64,000 nt of DNA from Candidatus Magasanikiibacteriota bacterium (GCA_021648085.1 JAKITS010000001.1:746759-810758); one strand, 5' to 3'; positions 19,952 through 29,344 are shown, numbered from the stretch's first letter. The notes: a model not told the origin generated them from the letters alone. Program-made: numbers and translations.

Positions 19952-20656
19952 TTACTCTCTAATTCCTACTTTTTCTACCACTTTTTCAAATTTCTTTTTT
20001 ATTTCCTCTATTTCCAATTCACTAAAACTATTATATTTTGAAAATTCTTCTTTTAAAATTTTTCTTGGTCTAAATTGTTGCAAATAAAAACTTTTTGAAC
20101 CTTTTAAAAGTTCCAGCATTTTTTTTACAACTTCTTCTGTGTGCAATTCTTTTACCATTGTTGTTCGGAATTCATAATCAACTCCACAATTTTTTATAAA
20201 ATCTATACTTTTTTGGACATCCTCTACATTTACCAAATTTCCTGATACATTTTTATATTCTTCCAAACTTGTTTTTATGTCCATCGCAATAAAATCCAAT
20301 AAATTTTTATCAACCAAATTTTTTAAATTATCAAATCTATTTCCATTTGTATCGAGCTTTACCAAAAATCCTTTTTCTTTTACTTTTACAATAAAGTTTT
20401 CTAAATCTGGCATTAAAGTAGGTTCGCCTCCAGAAATCACAACACCGTCTAACAAGCCAACGCGTTTATCCAAAAAATTAAAAAATATTTCTTCGGGAAT
20501 AAAACTATCTTTTATTTCTTTTATTTTTTCTGGCAACACAAACTCTGGGTTGTGGCAATAACCACACCGAAAATTGCAACCAGGCGTAAAAACTATACAA
20601 GAAGTTTTTCCAGGATAGTCAAGCAAAGTAAATTTTTGTACTGCGCTAATTAGCAT
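19952..20656 (-). CDS. nrdG: anaerobic ribonucleoside-triphosphate reductase activating protein (radical SAM)
   Basis: It carries the CNFRCGYCHNPEF (CxxxCxxC) radical-SAM cluster motif. At 234 aa, and lying downstream of nrdD, it is consistent with nrdG. Confidence 0.85.
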   Translation of the reverse strand: MLISAVQKFTLLDYPGKTSCIVFTPGCNFRCGYCHNPEFVLPEKIKEIKDSFIPEEIFFNFLDKRVGLLDGVVISGGEPTLMPDLENFIVKVKEKGFLVKLDTNGNRFDNLKNLVDKNLLDFIAMDIKTSLEEYKNVSGNLVNVEDVQKSIDFIKNCGVDYEFRTTMVKELHTEEVVKKMLELLKGSKSFYLQQFRPRKILKEEFSKYNSFSELEIEEIKKKFEKVVEKVGIRE

Positions 20657-20789
20657 AAAAGGAAATAATTAAGGATATGCCATTTTTATTCACACTATAT
20701 TGAACTTGATTGGTAATTTTATTTTGACTCAATGCTTATGTATTTTGACTCTGAATTCCCGATCGGGATCGGGAATGACAAAAGGTTTA

Positions 20790-20935
20790 TTGCGTCATGT
20801 TGAGCGGAACGAAGTGGAGTCGAAATATCTCGGGATTGTATCATTAGAACTTTGAATATTTTATGTTTTGGTTAAATTGCCACGAGATCCATTCGACTAC
20901 ATTCCGCTTTGCTCCATTTCGCTCAGGATGACGTG
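20790..20935. mobile_element. MITE family A copy, preceded by a family-B terminus at 20748-20785
   Basis: TGCGTCATGTTGAGCGGAACGAAGTGGAGTCGAAATATCTCG ... CGCTCAGGATGACGTG. Confidence 0.65.
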
Positions 20936-21064
20936 TAGGAAAAGCAGATTATGCAGATTAAGTAGGAGGTGACTTTCAACTTTATGAACCTTACAAACTT
21001 TTAACTATTTTTAAACCATTAGTCAGCCCTTTTACAAGCTGACTAATAGACCACGACAAGATGA

Positions 21065-21268
21065 TTAGTTCGAATAAGCTTCGCAAAATTGAGAATTTGC
21101 GGCTACACACTCCTTGAAATGTTTACGAGAAATGTGTTCTGACTTTTTCCCAATATTAAAATGGGAAACCGGTCTGTGATAACCCATTACGCGGGTCCAA
21201 ACTTCACAGCGAGTCCTTTCTTCGTTGCTAGGCATAAGCTTTATTGGAGTCTCTGATAAATATACCAC
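21065..21268 (-). CDS. nrdD: detached C-terminal glycyl-radical segment of NrdD (TRVMGY ... FNIGKKSEHISRKH)
   Basis: It aligns to the NrdD C-terminus (E. coli TRRVCGYLGSPDARPFNAGKQEEVKRRVKH). It is separated from the main nrdD ORF by stop codons and 168 nt of spacer. The only in-frame starts are GTG at 21268 or ATG at 21235. Confidence 0.65.
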   Translation of the reverse strand: MVYLSETPIKLMPSNEERTRCEVWTRVMGYHRPVSHFNIGKKSEHISRKHFKECVAANSQFCEAYSN

Positions 21269-21404
21269 CTACTACAATCTCTAAATTTTGACTAGGACTT
21301 CAAGAAAAAATATTTCCGAAGCTAAAGCTGGGCAAAGATTTTTTCTTTTTGTCTCGCTCAAAATTTAAAGATTTCGCTACGATGTTACACTTATCAGAGA
21401 CTCC
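21247..21404. repeat. 158-bp element flanked by a perfect 14-bp inverted repeat (GGAGTCTCTGATAA / TTATCAGAGACTCC), lying between the two nrdD segments
   Basis: The inverted repeat is seen directly. The internal sequence shares a motif of about 60 nt with 16296-16400. Confidence 0.6.
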
Positions 21405-21436
21405 TTAATTAATTAATAAATAAATTTATCTTATTT

Positions 21437-23557
21437 TTACTTCTCACTTTCTGTATTCAAATATTTTTCTCTAAAATCTCCGTCCAATCTATTTACCTCC
21501 TGTTCTATTCCCAATTCTTTATCACACTTTGGACAAAAATCATATTCTCCTGTCAAATATCCATGCTTTGGACAAACAGAAAATGTTGGTGTAATTGTGA
21601 TATAAGGAAGTTTGAAATTAGTTAGAATTCTTTTTACCAGAGACTTACAAGCACTGGCTTCACCTATCCTCTCATTCATATAACAATGCAAAACAGTTCC
21701 TCCGGTATATTTGGTCTGAAGTTCATCTTGAAGTTGCAGAGCCTCAAACAGATCGTCTGTATAACCAACTGGAAGCTGGGAAGAGTTTGTATAATAAGGT
21801 GCATCTTCTGTACCAGACTGTAAAATTCCTGGAAACCTCTTTTTATCTTCTTTTGCAAATCTATAAGTTGCCCCTTCTGCCGGTGTTGCCTCCAAATTAT
21901 ACAAATTTCCAGTTTCTTCTTGGTAAACCATCAATTTTTCACGCATATAATCCAAAATTTCTTTTGCAAATTCTTGACCAAATGGAGTCGCAATATTTTC
22001 TTTGTCATCTGTAAAATTTCTTATAGCTTCATTCATTCCATTTACACCAATTGTAGAAAAATGATTATTTAAATGTCCCAAATAACGTTTTGTAAAAGGA
22101 AATAATCCTCTGTCTATCCATTTTTGAATCTCAACTCTTTTTATCTCTAAAGTTCCTTTGCCAAGTTCCATTAAATATCCTATTCTATTTAGAAATCCTT
22201 CTTTGTCACCTTTGAAATTGTATCCAATTCTAGACATTGGAATTGTCACGACACCAATTGAACCTGTCATCTCGGCAGAACCAAACAAACCACCTCCACG
22301 CTTTTTTAACTCTTTTAAATCCAACTGCAAACGACAACACATAGAACGCACGTCAGAAGGATTCAAGTCTGAATTTATAAAATTTTGAAAATAAGGAGTT
22401 CCATACTTTGCAGTCATTTCAAAAAGCTCCAAAGTTTGTGGATCATCCCAATTAAAATCCTTTCCAATATTATAAGTAGGGATTGGAAATGTGAAAGTTC
22501 TACCTTTTGAATCTCCCGCTATCATTACAGCAATAAAAGCTTTATTTACAACGTCCATTTCTTTTTGCAATTCTCCAAATTTATATTGAAATGGTTTTCC
22601 ACCCAAATCCAATCTTTTCTCTTTCAAATCATTTGGGCAAACCCAATCCATTGTAATATTTGTAAATGGAGTTTGTGTTCCCCACCTAGACGGCACATTT
22701 AAATTGAAAACAAATGATTGTAAATTTTGATAAACATAATTATAAGTTTTATCATCTATATATTTTTGTCTTTCTATCTCTGTCGCAAAAGATGCATTTA
22801 CTTTTTGTAATTCTTCTTCAATTTCCATTGAATATTTTTTTACATAAGGCGCCATATAAGTATCGAAGCTAGAAAATGCCTGTGCTCCTGCCCACTCATT
22901 TTGAAGTGTTCCCAGAAAATTTACCATTTGCGCTACAGCGGAACTCAAATGTTTTGGCGGTTTTGACTCTACTTTGTCTGGAACGCCGTTGAAACCTTCC
23001 TCCAAAATTGCTCTCAAACTCCAACCAGCACAATATCCTGAAAACATATCTAAATCATGAATATGCATATCACCATTTCTATGTGCTGATCCTGCTTCTT
23101 CTGAATAAATATGTGAAAGCCAATAGTTTGCTGTCACTTTTCCTGCTGTGTTCAAAATCATTCCTCCCAAAGAATACCCTTGGTTTGAGTTTGCGTTTAC
23201 TCTCCAATCCAATTTTCCCAAATACTCACTTATTGTTTTTCCAACCTCCACAACAACATTTCTATCTTCTCTAATTTCTGAATGTTTGTTTCTATATAAA
23301 ATATATGCCTTTGCTGTAGTTGCGTGCCCACTTTCAATTAAAACTTTTTCCACAACATCCTGCACATCCTCCACTGTTGGAATTGCACCATCGAACTTTT
23401 CTGACACCATATTTACAACTAAACTTGTTATGTTTTTAACCTGCGACATATCAGTACCGCCAACAGCTTCCACCGCTTTTGAAATAGCTTTTTCTATCTT
23501 TTGTGGATTAAAATCTACAATACTTCCATTCCTTTTTTGCACCTTAAACACAGCCAT
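21437..23557 (-). CDS. nrdD: anaerobic ribonucleoside-triphosphate reductase (class III RNR) large subunit, main body
   Basis: 706 aa. It has an N-terminal ATP-cone (MAVFKVQKRNGSIVDFNPQKIEKAISKA), the class III catalytic core and the C-terminal Zn-ribbon CPKHGYLTGEYDFCPKCD. The glycyl-radical motif is absent from this ORF and is encoded downstream at 21065-21268. Confidence 0.9.
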   Translation of the reverse strand: MAVFKVQKRNGSIVDFNPQKIEKAISKAVEAVGGTDMSQVKNITSLVVNMVSEKFDGAIPTVEDVQDVVEKVLIESGHATTAKAYILYRNKHSEIREDRNVVVEVGKTISEYLGKLDWRVNANSNQGYSLGGMILNTAGKVTANYWLSHIYSEEAGSAHRNGDMHIHDLDMFSGYCAGWSLRAILEEGFNGVPDKVESKPPKHLSSAVAQMVNFLGTLQNEWAGAQAFSSFDTYMAPYVKKYSMEIEEELQKVNASFATEIERQKYIDDKTYNYVYQNLQSFVFNLNVPSRWGTQTPFTNITMDWVCPNDLKEKRLDLGGKPFQYKFGELQKEMDVVNKAFIAVMIAGDSKGRTFTFPIPTYNIGKDFNWDDPQTLELFEMTAKYGTPYFQNFINSDLNPSDVRSMCCRLQLDLKELKKRGGGLFGSAEMTGSIGVVTIPMSRIGYNFKGDKEGFLNRIGYLMELGKGTLEIKRVEIQKWIDRGLFPFTKRYLGHLNNHFSTIGVNGMNEAIRNFTDDKENIATPFGQEFAKEILDYMREKLMVYQEETGNLYNLEATPAEGATYRFAKEDKKRFPGILQSGTEDAPYYTNSSQLPVGYTDDLFEALQLQDELQTKYTGGTVLHCYMNERIGEASACKSLVKRILTNFKLPYITITPTFSVCPKHGYLTGEYDFCPKCDKELGIEQEVNRLDGDFREKYLNTESEK

Positions 23558-23594
23558 AAGCTAGAGATTAGTAAATAAACAGTATTTCTATTAT

Positions 23595-23642
23595 ATACTA
23601 TATATAGTATATAAACCACATTTTAAACACTATATATAGTGT
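23595..23642. promoter_or_regulatory. tandem NrdR boxes (ATACTATATATAGTAT and ACACTATATATAGTGT), 32 bp centre-to-centre
   Basis: Two perfect 16-bp palindromes match the NrdR-box consensus acaCwAtATaTwGtgt. They lie 38-85 bp upstream of the nrdD start at the canonical three-helical-turn spacing. Confidence 0.6.
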
Positions 23643-23737
23643 CCAAAGGTATTTACTAGTATACATTAAAAAATAAATAACTTCAAAGTAGTTTAGTTTT
23701 TAGTTAGACTTAGCCGAAAAAAATGAAAAAATAAAAG

Positions 23738-23758
23738 TTATCCACCGTTTTATCCACA
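23738..23758. promoter_or_regulatory. pair of DnaA-box motifs (TTATCCACC, TTATCCACA) in the nrdD / glycosyltransferase divergent spacer
   Basis: Seen directly. The second box is a perfect TTATCCACA. Confidence 0.35.
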
Positions 23759-23781
23759 GTTAAAAAAAATTATAAAATTTA

Positions 23782-23912
23782 TGTCATATTGAGCGGAACG
23801 AAGTGGAGTCGAAATATCTCGATGCTGTATCATTAGAACTTTGAATATTTAAAACCTTATTATACACTCCCGAGATCCTTCGGCTTCGCTCAGGATGACG
23901 TGAATATTTTTT
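23782..23912. mobile_element. MITE family A copy
   Basis: TGTCATATTGAGCGGAACGAAGTGGAGTCGAAATATCTCG ... CGAGATCCTTCGGCTTCGCTCAGGATGACGTG. Confidence 0.7.
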
Positions 23913-23981
23913 TCTGACTTTCTACTTTATAAACTTTACAAACTTTTAACTTTTTCATCTTTCCTGATAAACTATAGCCAT

Positions 23982-25094
23982 ATGAAAAAAAATAAAATAC
24001 TAATTATTTCCATCTCTGCTGGCACTGGTCATATTATGGCTGGCAACGCTTTGGAAAAAACTGCAAAAGAAAGTTTCAAAAATCTAGATGTAAAACATAT
24101 AGATATTGCAGACTTTATGCCAAAACCAATAAAAGCATTATCTGTAAATTCTTATGAGTTAATGGCGAAAAAAATGCCTGAGCTTTGGGGATTGCTTTAC
24201 GACAAAACAGACAATACCAAAGCGTCTACTCTATTAAATAACATATTAAAACTTTCAAAATATTTTTCTGTAAATCAATTTCTTTCGGAGATAAAAAAAA
24301 TAAATCCAGATTATATTATCTGCACACATTTTTTACCAGCATATTTTATAAATCATTCCCCAAAAAAAACTAAACCAGAATGCCCTTTGGCTATGGTTAT
24401 CACAGATTATGAACTGCACTCACTTTGGTTATCTAAAAATATCAGTCATTATTTTGTCGCAACAGACAAAATGAAAAAAAGTATAGAAAAAAAGTATATA
24501 AAAAATATAAAAATAACCGTGAGTGGAATTCCACTTCGTCCAGAATTTTACAAGAAAAAATCTGTAATAGCACTTAAAAAGAAACATAAACTACAAAAAG
24601 ATAACTTCACAATTCTAGTCTTGGCAGGAGGACACGGACTTATTAAAACAGATAAAATAGTTAAATTATTATCAAAAACTTCTTTGGATTTAAATATAAT
24701 AGCGGTTGCTGGAAAAAATTTAAAACTAAAAAATAATTTAAAAAAGATAAAAACAACAAAAGGTAAGGAAATAAAAGTAATGGGTTGGGTAAACAAAATA
24801 GACGAGTTAATAAGAATATCTGATATTGTAATAACAAAACCCGGAGGAATTAGTGTTTCAGAATGTATTGCTTTAAATAAGCCTATTTTTGCAGTACGTC
24901 CAATACCAGGTCAAGAAGAAAAGAATGTGCAGTTTATACAAAAAAACAAACTAGGTAAGCTAATAGGCACACCTGAAGACCTTTTGCAATATATACGCGC
25001 CTTCAAAACAGGAAAGCTGAAATTCTCAAAGCTCAAAGTTCAAAACTCTTCCAAAATAATACTCGGAGAAATAAAAAAGGAGATGAATCGCTAG
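23982..25094 (+). CDS. GT28-family glycosyltransferase, UgtP / MGDG-synthase-like (diacylglycerol glycosyltransferase)
   Basis: 370 aa. The N-terminus KILIISISAGTGHIMAGNALEKTA resembles UgtP/MGDG synthase (RVLILTANYGNGHVQVAK). A terminator lies at 25160-25195. Confidence 0.65.
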   Translation: MKKNKILIISISAGTGHIMAGNALEKTAKESFKNLDVKHIDIADFMPKPIKALSVNSYELMAKKMPELWGLLYDKTDNTKASTLLNNILKLSKYFSVNQFLSEIKKINPDYIICTHFLPAYFINHSPKKTKPECPLAMVITDYELHSLWLSKNISHYFVATDKMKKSIEKKYIKNIKITVSGIPLRPEFYKKKSVIALKKKHKLQKDNFTILVLAGGHGLIKTDKIVKLLSKTSLDLNIIAVAGKNLKLKNNLKKIKTTKGKEIKVMGWVNKIDELIRISDIVITKPGGISVSECIALNKPIFAVRPIPGQEEKNVQFIQKNKLGKLIGTPEDLLQYIRAFKTGKLKFSKLKVQNSSKIILGEIKKEMNR

Positions 25095-25199
25095 GCTTTG
25101 TCTGCTTGATAAATCATTTATTTTGTTCGCTTGGATTAGAAAGAAAAAATAACAAAACAAAAAAAGAACTTTCTGAAAAGTTCTTTTTTTGTTTTCAAC

Positions 25200-25440
25200 A
25201 CGTCATATTGAGCGGAGTGAAACGGAGTTGAAAATCAAAGTTCACGTCATATTGAGCGGAACGGAGTGGAGTCGAAATATCTCGATGCTGTATTATTAGA
25301 ACTTTGAATATTTTATGTTTTGGTAATACTGTCCCGAGATCCATTCGACTCCATTCCGCTTTGCTCCATTTCGCTCAGGATGACGTTATGAAAGGTGATA
25401 CTATCTCGAGATCCTTCGGCTTCGCTCAGGATGGCGTTAT
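25200..25440. mobile_element. cluster of family A MITE copies: an L half-site, a full copy and an extra R half-site
   Basis: It contains repeated CACGTCATATTGAGCGG ... and ... CGCTCAGGATGGCGTTATGG segments. Confidence 0.65.
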
Positions 25441-25539
25441 GGAATAATAAATTAACAAATAAGCAGATTAACCTAAAGAAACAAAAAAGAACCTCTAAAA
25501 GATTCTTTTTGTTTAAATTCTATTTAATTTATTACCCCA

Positions 25540-25839
25540 TTAAACCAAAGCCTCAAAAACAAAAGTTGTAATAGCGTAAGCGCTCAAGATTATAAATAAT
25601 CCTATTATTGAAGACATTAAAATCTTTTTTGCTTTTCCCACTTTCTCTTCATTTCCTGCAGAAGTCATCCACAAAAATCCACTATAAATAATAAGAATTA
25701 CAAATACTATTCCAAGTAAACCCAAAGCAACTTGAACAACCTGCCCAACTATTTGTCCTATACTTGCGTTAGATAATCCTGTTCCGCCGACAGCTTGGTC
25801 CAAAACAGAACTTGCATCTTTTATATTACTATTTGGCAT
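25540..25839 (-). CDS. T4SS-pilin-like (VirB2/TrbC-fold) small membrane protein, bare pilin module
   Basis: 99 aa with two hydrophobic helices flanking the conserved loop GFLWMTSAGNEEKVGKAKK. This is the architecture of VirB2/TrbC pilins and of the Patescibacteria 'T4SS_pilin' family. Confidence 0.6.
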   Translation of the reverse strand: MPNSNIKDASSVLDQAVGGTGLSNASIGQIVGQVVQVALGLLGIVFVILIIYSGFLWMTSAGNEEKVGKAKKILMSSIIGLFIILSAYAITTFVFEALV

Positions 25840-25842
25840 ATA

Positions 25843-26517
25843 TTATTTAGCTAAACAAGAATATTCAGCACCAATATATGTTTTACAATCATCCCTCCCT
25901 ATAACACAAGGTTGGGTAGTTTCACACCTATATTTATTATAAATTTCACCTCTATCTGTACAAACTTTTTCTGCTTCTGTTATTGGAGTTTCAGTTCTTA
26001 TAATACTTTTACAAACACCATTAGGAGAGGTTCCTAAAACACAAAGAGAATCAATACATGTTTCACCAGAAGAACAATCTGAATTTTCTACACAAAATTC
26101 ATCAGCAAAAGGAAGATTGTTTATATTACCCCCTCCACCACCCACTCGCCCATCCAAACTACTAAAAATAAAACTAGTCAAAGCGTAAGATGCAAATACA
26201 ATTATAAGACCAATTACAGCTGCAATAATTGTATCTTTTGCTTTGTTTACAATGTCTTCTTTTCCGCGTGCGGTCATCCAAAGAAATCCACCGTAAACCA
26301 TTAAAATAAAAAATACAACTCCCACCAAAGAAAGTGCGCTTCCTATAATATTTCCCACCAAAGCTGTAAGATCGCTATTTCCTGCAAGTCCAGCGGCACT
26401 AGCAGTTTTGCTCAGCCCATAATCATCTGCCAAAACCAAAACTGGTGCAAACAAAATTGCACTAGCTCCAAACAAAGTCAAAAATTTTCTTGATAAAAGT
26501 TTACTTATTTTTTTCAT
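25843..26517 (-). CDS. T4SS-pilin-like module (N-terminal) fused to a C-terminal Cys-rich domain
   Basis: It has a signal-like N-terminus, then the pilin core VYGGFLWMTARGKEDIVNKAKD, then a poly-Gly linker and a domain of about 100 aa with at least 12 Cys (CVENSDCSSGETCIDSLCVLG ...). Confidence 0.6.
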   Translation of the reverse strand: MKKISKLLSRKFLTLFGASAILFAPVLVLADDYGLSKTASAAGLAGNSDLTALVGNIIGSALSLVGVVFFILMVYGGFLWMTARGKEDIVNKAKDTIIAAVIGLIIVFASYALTSFIFSSLDGRVGGGGGNINNLPFADEFCVENSDCSSGETCIDSLCVLGTSPNGVCKSIIRTETPITEAEKVCTDRGEIYNKYRCETTQPCVIGRDDCKTYIGAEYSCLAK

Positions 26518-26544
26518 AATTTTAATAAAAACAAAATTTTTATG

Positions 26545-26875
26545 TCATCCTGAGCGACAGCCGAAGGATCTCGGGAAAGCATCACAAGGTTTTAAATATT
26601 CAAAGTTTTAATGTTCTTGAATCGAGATATTTCGACTCCACTTCGTTCCGCTCAATATGACGTGACTGAATTTTGTCATTCTCAGCGGGAAAACATGATT
26701 AAAATACACGTCATCCTGAGCGAAGTCGAAGGATCTCGGGAAAGCATCACAAGGTTTTAAATATTCAAAGTTTTAATGTTCTTGAATCGAGATATTTCGA
26801 CTCCACTTCGTTCCGCTCAATATGACGTGACTTAAAAAACGTTATTCTAAATTCACTTCGCTCAATATGACATAA
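26545..26875. mobile_element. two tandem family A MITE copies (reverse orientation) separated by a family-B terminus fragment
   Basis: The sequence GTCATCCTGAGCGA ... CCGCTCAATATGACGTGACT is repeated twice, and TTTTGTCATTCTCAGCGGG lies between the copies. Confidence 0.7.
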
Positions 26876-27032
26876 TTAATTTTAATAGAAACAAAATTTT
26901 TAATATTTTGCCGATATACAGCAAAATATTAAAAAGTTCATTCTGGGGCTACAGCACAATACGATTTCACTTGAAGTGATATTGTGCCGTAGCCCTAAAG
27001 ACGAGTTTCCCCGCCTCTTTCCTTTTTATTTA

Positions 27033-27464
27033 TTATAGATAACCTGAAACATCAGCATTTGAACCTGTCGCAGTCGATAATTGTGCGATTACAAATGTAG
27101 CAAGTGCCCATGCACTCATAATAATTGCCAAACCTATAATACCAGAAAAAATGATTTTCTTTGCTTCTCCAACTTTTTCTTCACTTCCACCAGCAGTCAT
27201 CCATTTAAATCCACCCATTAGTATAATCACTACAGCGACAACACCAAGCAGACTTAAAGCAATATTGATAACACTAGCAATAGTTGTTTGGATCGATTCA
27301 CTTCCCAAACTACCGGCTAGTCCAGTTTCAACCTCTTCCAAACCAAAAGTATCCTGAGCGAAAACTACAGGTGCCATAGCAAAACTGAAAGCAAATACTA
27401 CTATCATGGCTACAACTGCCTTTTTTTCTATTAACTTTACTATTAATTTATTCATTGTTTTCAC
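27033..27464 (-). CDS. T4SS-pilin-like membrane protein
   Basis: Its core MGGFKWMTAGGSEEKVGEAKK is flanked by two TM helices, and the N-terminus is signal-like. Confidence 0.6.
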   Translation of the reverse strand: MKTMNKLIVKLIEKKAVVAMIVVFAFSFAMAPVVFAQDTFGLEEVETGLAGSLGSESIQTTIASVINIALSLLGVVAVVIILMGGFKWMTAGGSEEKVGEAKKIIFSGIIGLAIIMSAWALATFVIAQLSTATGSNADVSGYL

Positions 27465-27520
27465 CTCCCTTCCTTTTTTGGATATTGTACATAATTTAAT
27501 TTATAAAAATTATTTTTAAT

Positions 27521-28396
27521 TTAAAGTAAACAAGATACTAAAACGGTCTGTTCCCACAAAGACAAAACATCTCCATTTATAAGCTCCTTAATCCTTTCTA
27601 GATCTAAATAATCCACTACACATATTACAACATCAGAATCAACAGTCACACCACTATAATCACCAGCATAACAACTTTCTGCTTTTTTAATCTCTTGTGA
27701 TGTTGGTTTTCTTGTTGCATTTTTAATTTCTTCTGCTTCAGCTCCTCCAATTTCATTGGATACACAAGTTATAAGAGAAGACATTGATATATTTAAAGAT
27801 TTTTCTTCATTTTTTTTACTATTTCCCTCTCTTGTTTTACAACAAACAATGTTATTTCCACCTTTACACAAATTTACTTTACATGTATTTGGATTTTGTT
27901 CACACAAACCTCTATCCAAATCTACATCTTCAAAAGCTAAACTAGGCAAGTCGCATTCTCCTATATTCCTACAAGAAAACCCATCTCCAATGTCTTTACA
28001 GACAAGTTCTGGATTATTACCACCACCATTTAAAGAATCGCCAGTAATTCCAGATAATACCATATTAAGTATAGCATAACTAGAAAAAATAATGAAAAGT
28101 CCAACAACTGCATAAATCATAGTATTCCAACCCTTTTTTATCTTTTCTTGGTTGCCAGCAGAGGTCATCCACAAAAAACCACCATACATAAAAACAGCCA
28201 AAGTGACAGAACCTACAACACCCAAAGCAACCTTTACCCCACCTCCCAAAATTGTATTTAAATCTGTTCCTGCACCAATTGGATTTTCCAATTTAACTAT
28301 TTCTCCAGCTTGTGCAAAAACCTTATCTATATTTAAAAATAAACCAAAAATAGTAAAACTTATAAATGTGTATATTTTTTTAAAATCTTTTTTCAT
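27521..28396 (-). CDS. T4SS-pilin-like module (N-terminal) fused to a C-terminal Cys-rich domain
   Basis: The core is MYGGFLWMTSAGNQEKIKKGWN. The C-terminal domain is rich in Cys (VCKDIGDGFSCRNIGECDLPS ... CEQNPNTCKVNLCKGGNNIVCCK). Confidence 0.6.
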   Translation of the reverse strand: MKKDFKKIYTFISFTIFGLFLNIDKVFAQAGEIVKLENPIGAGTDLNTILGGGVKVALGVVGSVTLAVFMYGGFLWMTSAGNQEKIKKGWNTMIYAVVGLFIIFSSYAILNMVLSGITGDSLNGGGNNPELVCKDIGDGFSCRNIGECDLPSLAFEDVDLDRGLCEQNPNTCKVNLCKGGNNIVCCKTREGNSKKNEEKSLNISMSSLITCVSNEIGGAEAEEIKNATRKPTSQEIKKAESCYAGDYSGVTVDSDVVICVVDYLDLERIKELINGDVLSLWEQTVLVSCLL

Positions 28397-28455
28397 ATTT
28401 ATTTAAAACAATTTTTTTTATTATACCAACTTTTTTTCATATAACATATTTAGTC

Positions 28456-28733
28456 AAGTGGAGTGGAGTTGAAAATCAAAGCTCACGTCATATTGAGCAA
28501 AACGCAGTGGAGTCGAAATATCTCGATGCTGTATTATTAGAACTTTGAATATTTAAAACCTTATTATACACTCCCGAGATCCTTCGACTTCGCTCAGGAT
28601 GACGTGATGGAAAGGTGATACTATCCCGAGATCCTTCGGCTTCGCTCAGGATGACGTGATGGAAAGGTGATGCTATCCCGAGATCCTTCGGCTTCGCTCA
28701 GGATGACGTGATTTTTTAATCACACTATATTGA
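28456..28733. mobile_element. family A MITE copy followed by a tandem array (2.7 x 52 bp) of the R half-site unit CCCGAGATCCTTCGGCTTCGCTCAGGATGACGTGATGGAAAGGTGATRCTAT
   Basis: The tandem units lie at 28573-28624, 28625-28676 and 28677-28713. Similar two-unit arrays occur at 39105-39205, 25395-25440 and 49730-49790. Confidence 0.65.
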
Positions 28734-28828
28734 GCTCCACCTCATAAAATCAACGTATCTCAGGACTAAATTACAAATAATTAAATAAGATATTAACCTT
28801 CTTTTTGTCTCATGCTTTTCTATCCTAG

Positions 28829-29329
28829 CTATTTTATAACTCTAAATTCTCCGGTCACGCTTAATGCGTCCAAAATAAAATCTATCATCATATAAGCTCC
28901 AAAAGCTATTACCAATCCAACAACTGCTGCGACCATCACATTTTTTCCCTCTTTGAATTTTTCTGGATTTCCAAAAGATAAAATCATTTTAAAGCCACCA
29001 TAAATAAACATAGCAAAAGCTAAACCACCAATAATAGAAAAAAGGAACTGTCCAACTTTTATACCAAACTCCACCAAATCACTAACATCATCGCAATACT
29101 GTCCTTTTACATCTCTGGTAAGCGCACAGTCTGGAATTAATTTTGAACTTTTTGGTGGATTTTTTATAGTTTGTGGTGCTGTTGGGGTTGCTGGAGTTGT
29201 TGAAGTTGGAGTTGGGGTTGTTGTAGTAGTAGGTGCGCCACTTACAACTAGAGGACTAAACAAAAATCCACCAATTATAAAACCTGGTAAAACCAACCAA
29301 ATTAAAAGTTTATTTTTAAAATTTTTCAT
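28829..29329 (-). CDS. T4SS-pilin-like protein with an N-terminal Thr/Pro-rich linker
   Basis: The TTTTTPTPTSTTPATPTAPQ linker is followed by the pilin core IYGGFKMILSFGNPEKFKEGKN between two TM helices. Confidence 0.55.
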   Translation of the reverse strand: MKNFKNKLLIWLVLPGFIIGGFLFSPLVVSGAPTTTTTPTPTSTTPATPTAPQTIKNPPKSSKLIPDCALTRDVKGQYCDDVSDLVEFGIKVGQFLFSIIGGLAFAMFIYGGFKMILSFGNPEKFKEGKNVMVAAVVGLVIAFGAYMMIDFILDALSVTGEFRVIK

Positions 29330-29344
29330 AATAATATTTTATGT

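Noticed and set aside
21269-21436. Simple MITE insertion as the sole explanation for the nrdD split
   Set aside because: This is not fully rejected. However, the main-ORF stop lies 34 nt before the inverted-repeat element, and precise excision of the 158-bp element does not restore the reading frame. The intervening sequence is therefore larger than the element, which keeps the intron and two-polypeptide alternatives open.
28573-28713. Possible CRISPR array (regularly spaced direct repeats)
   Set aside because: The units abut with no unique spacers and are MITE terminus sequences. No cas genes are present.
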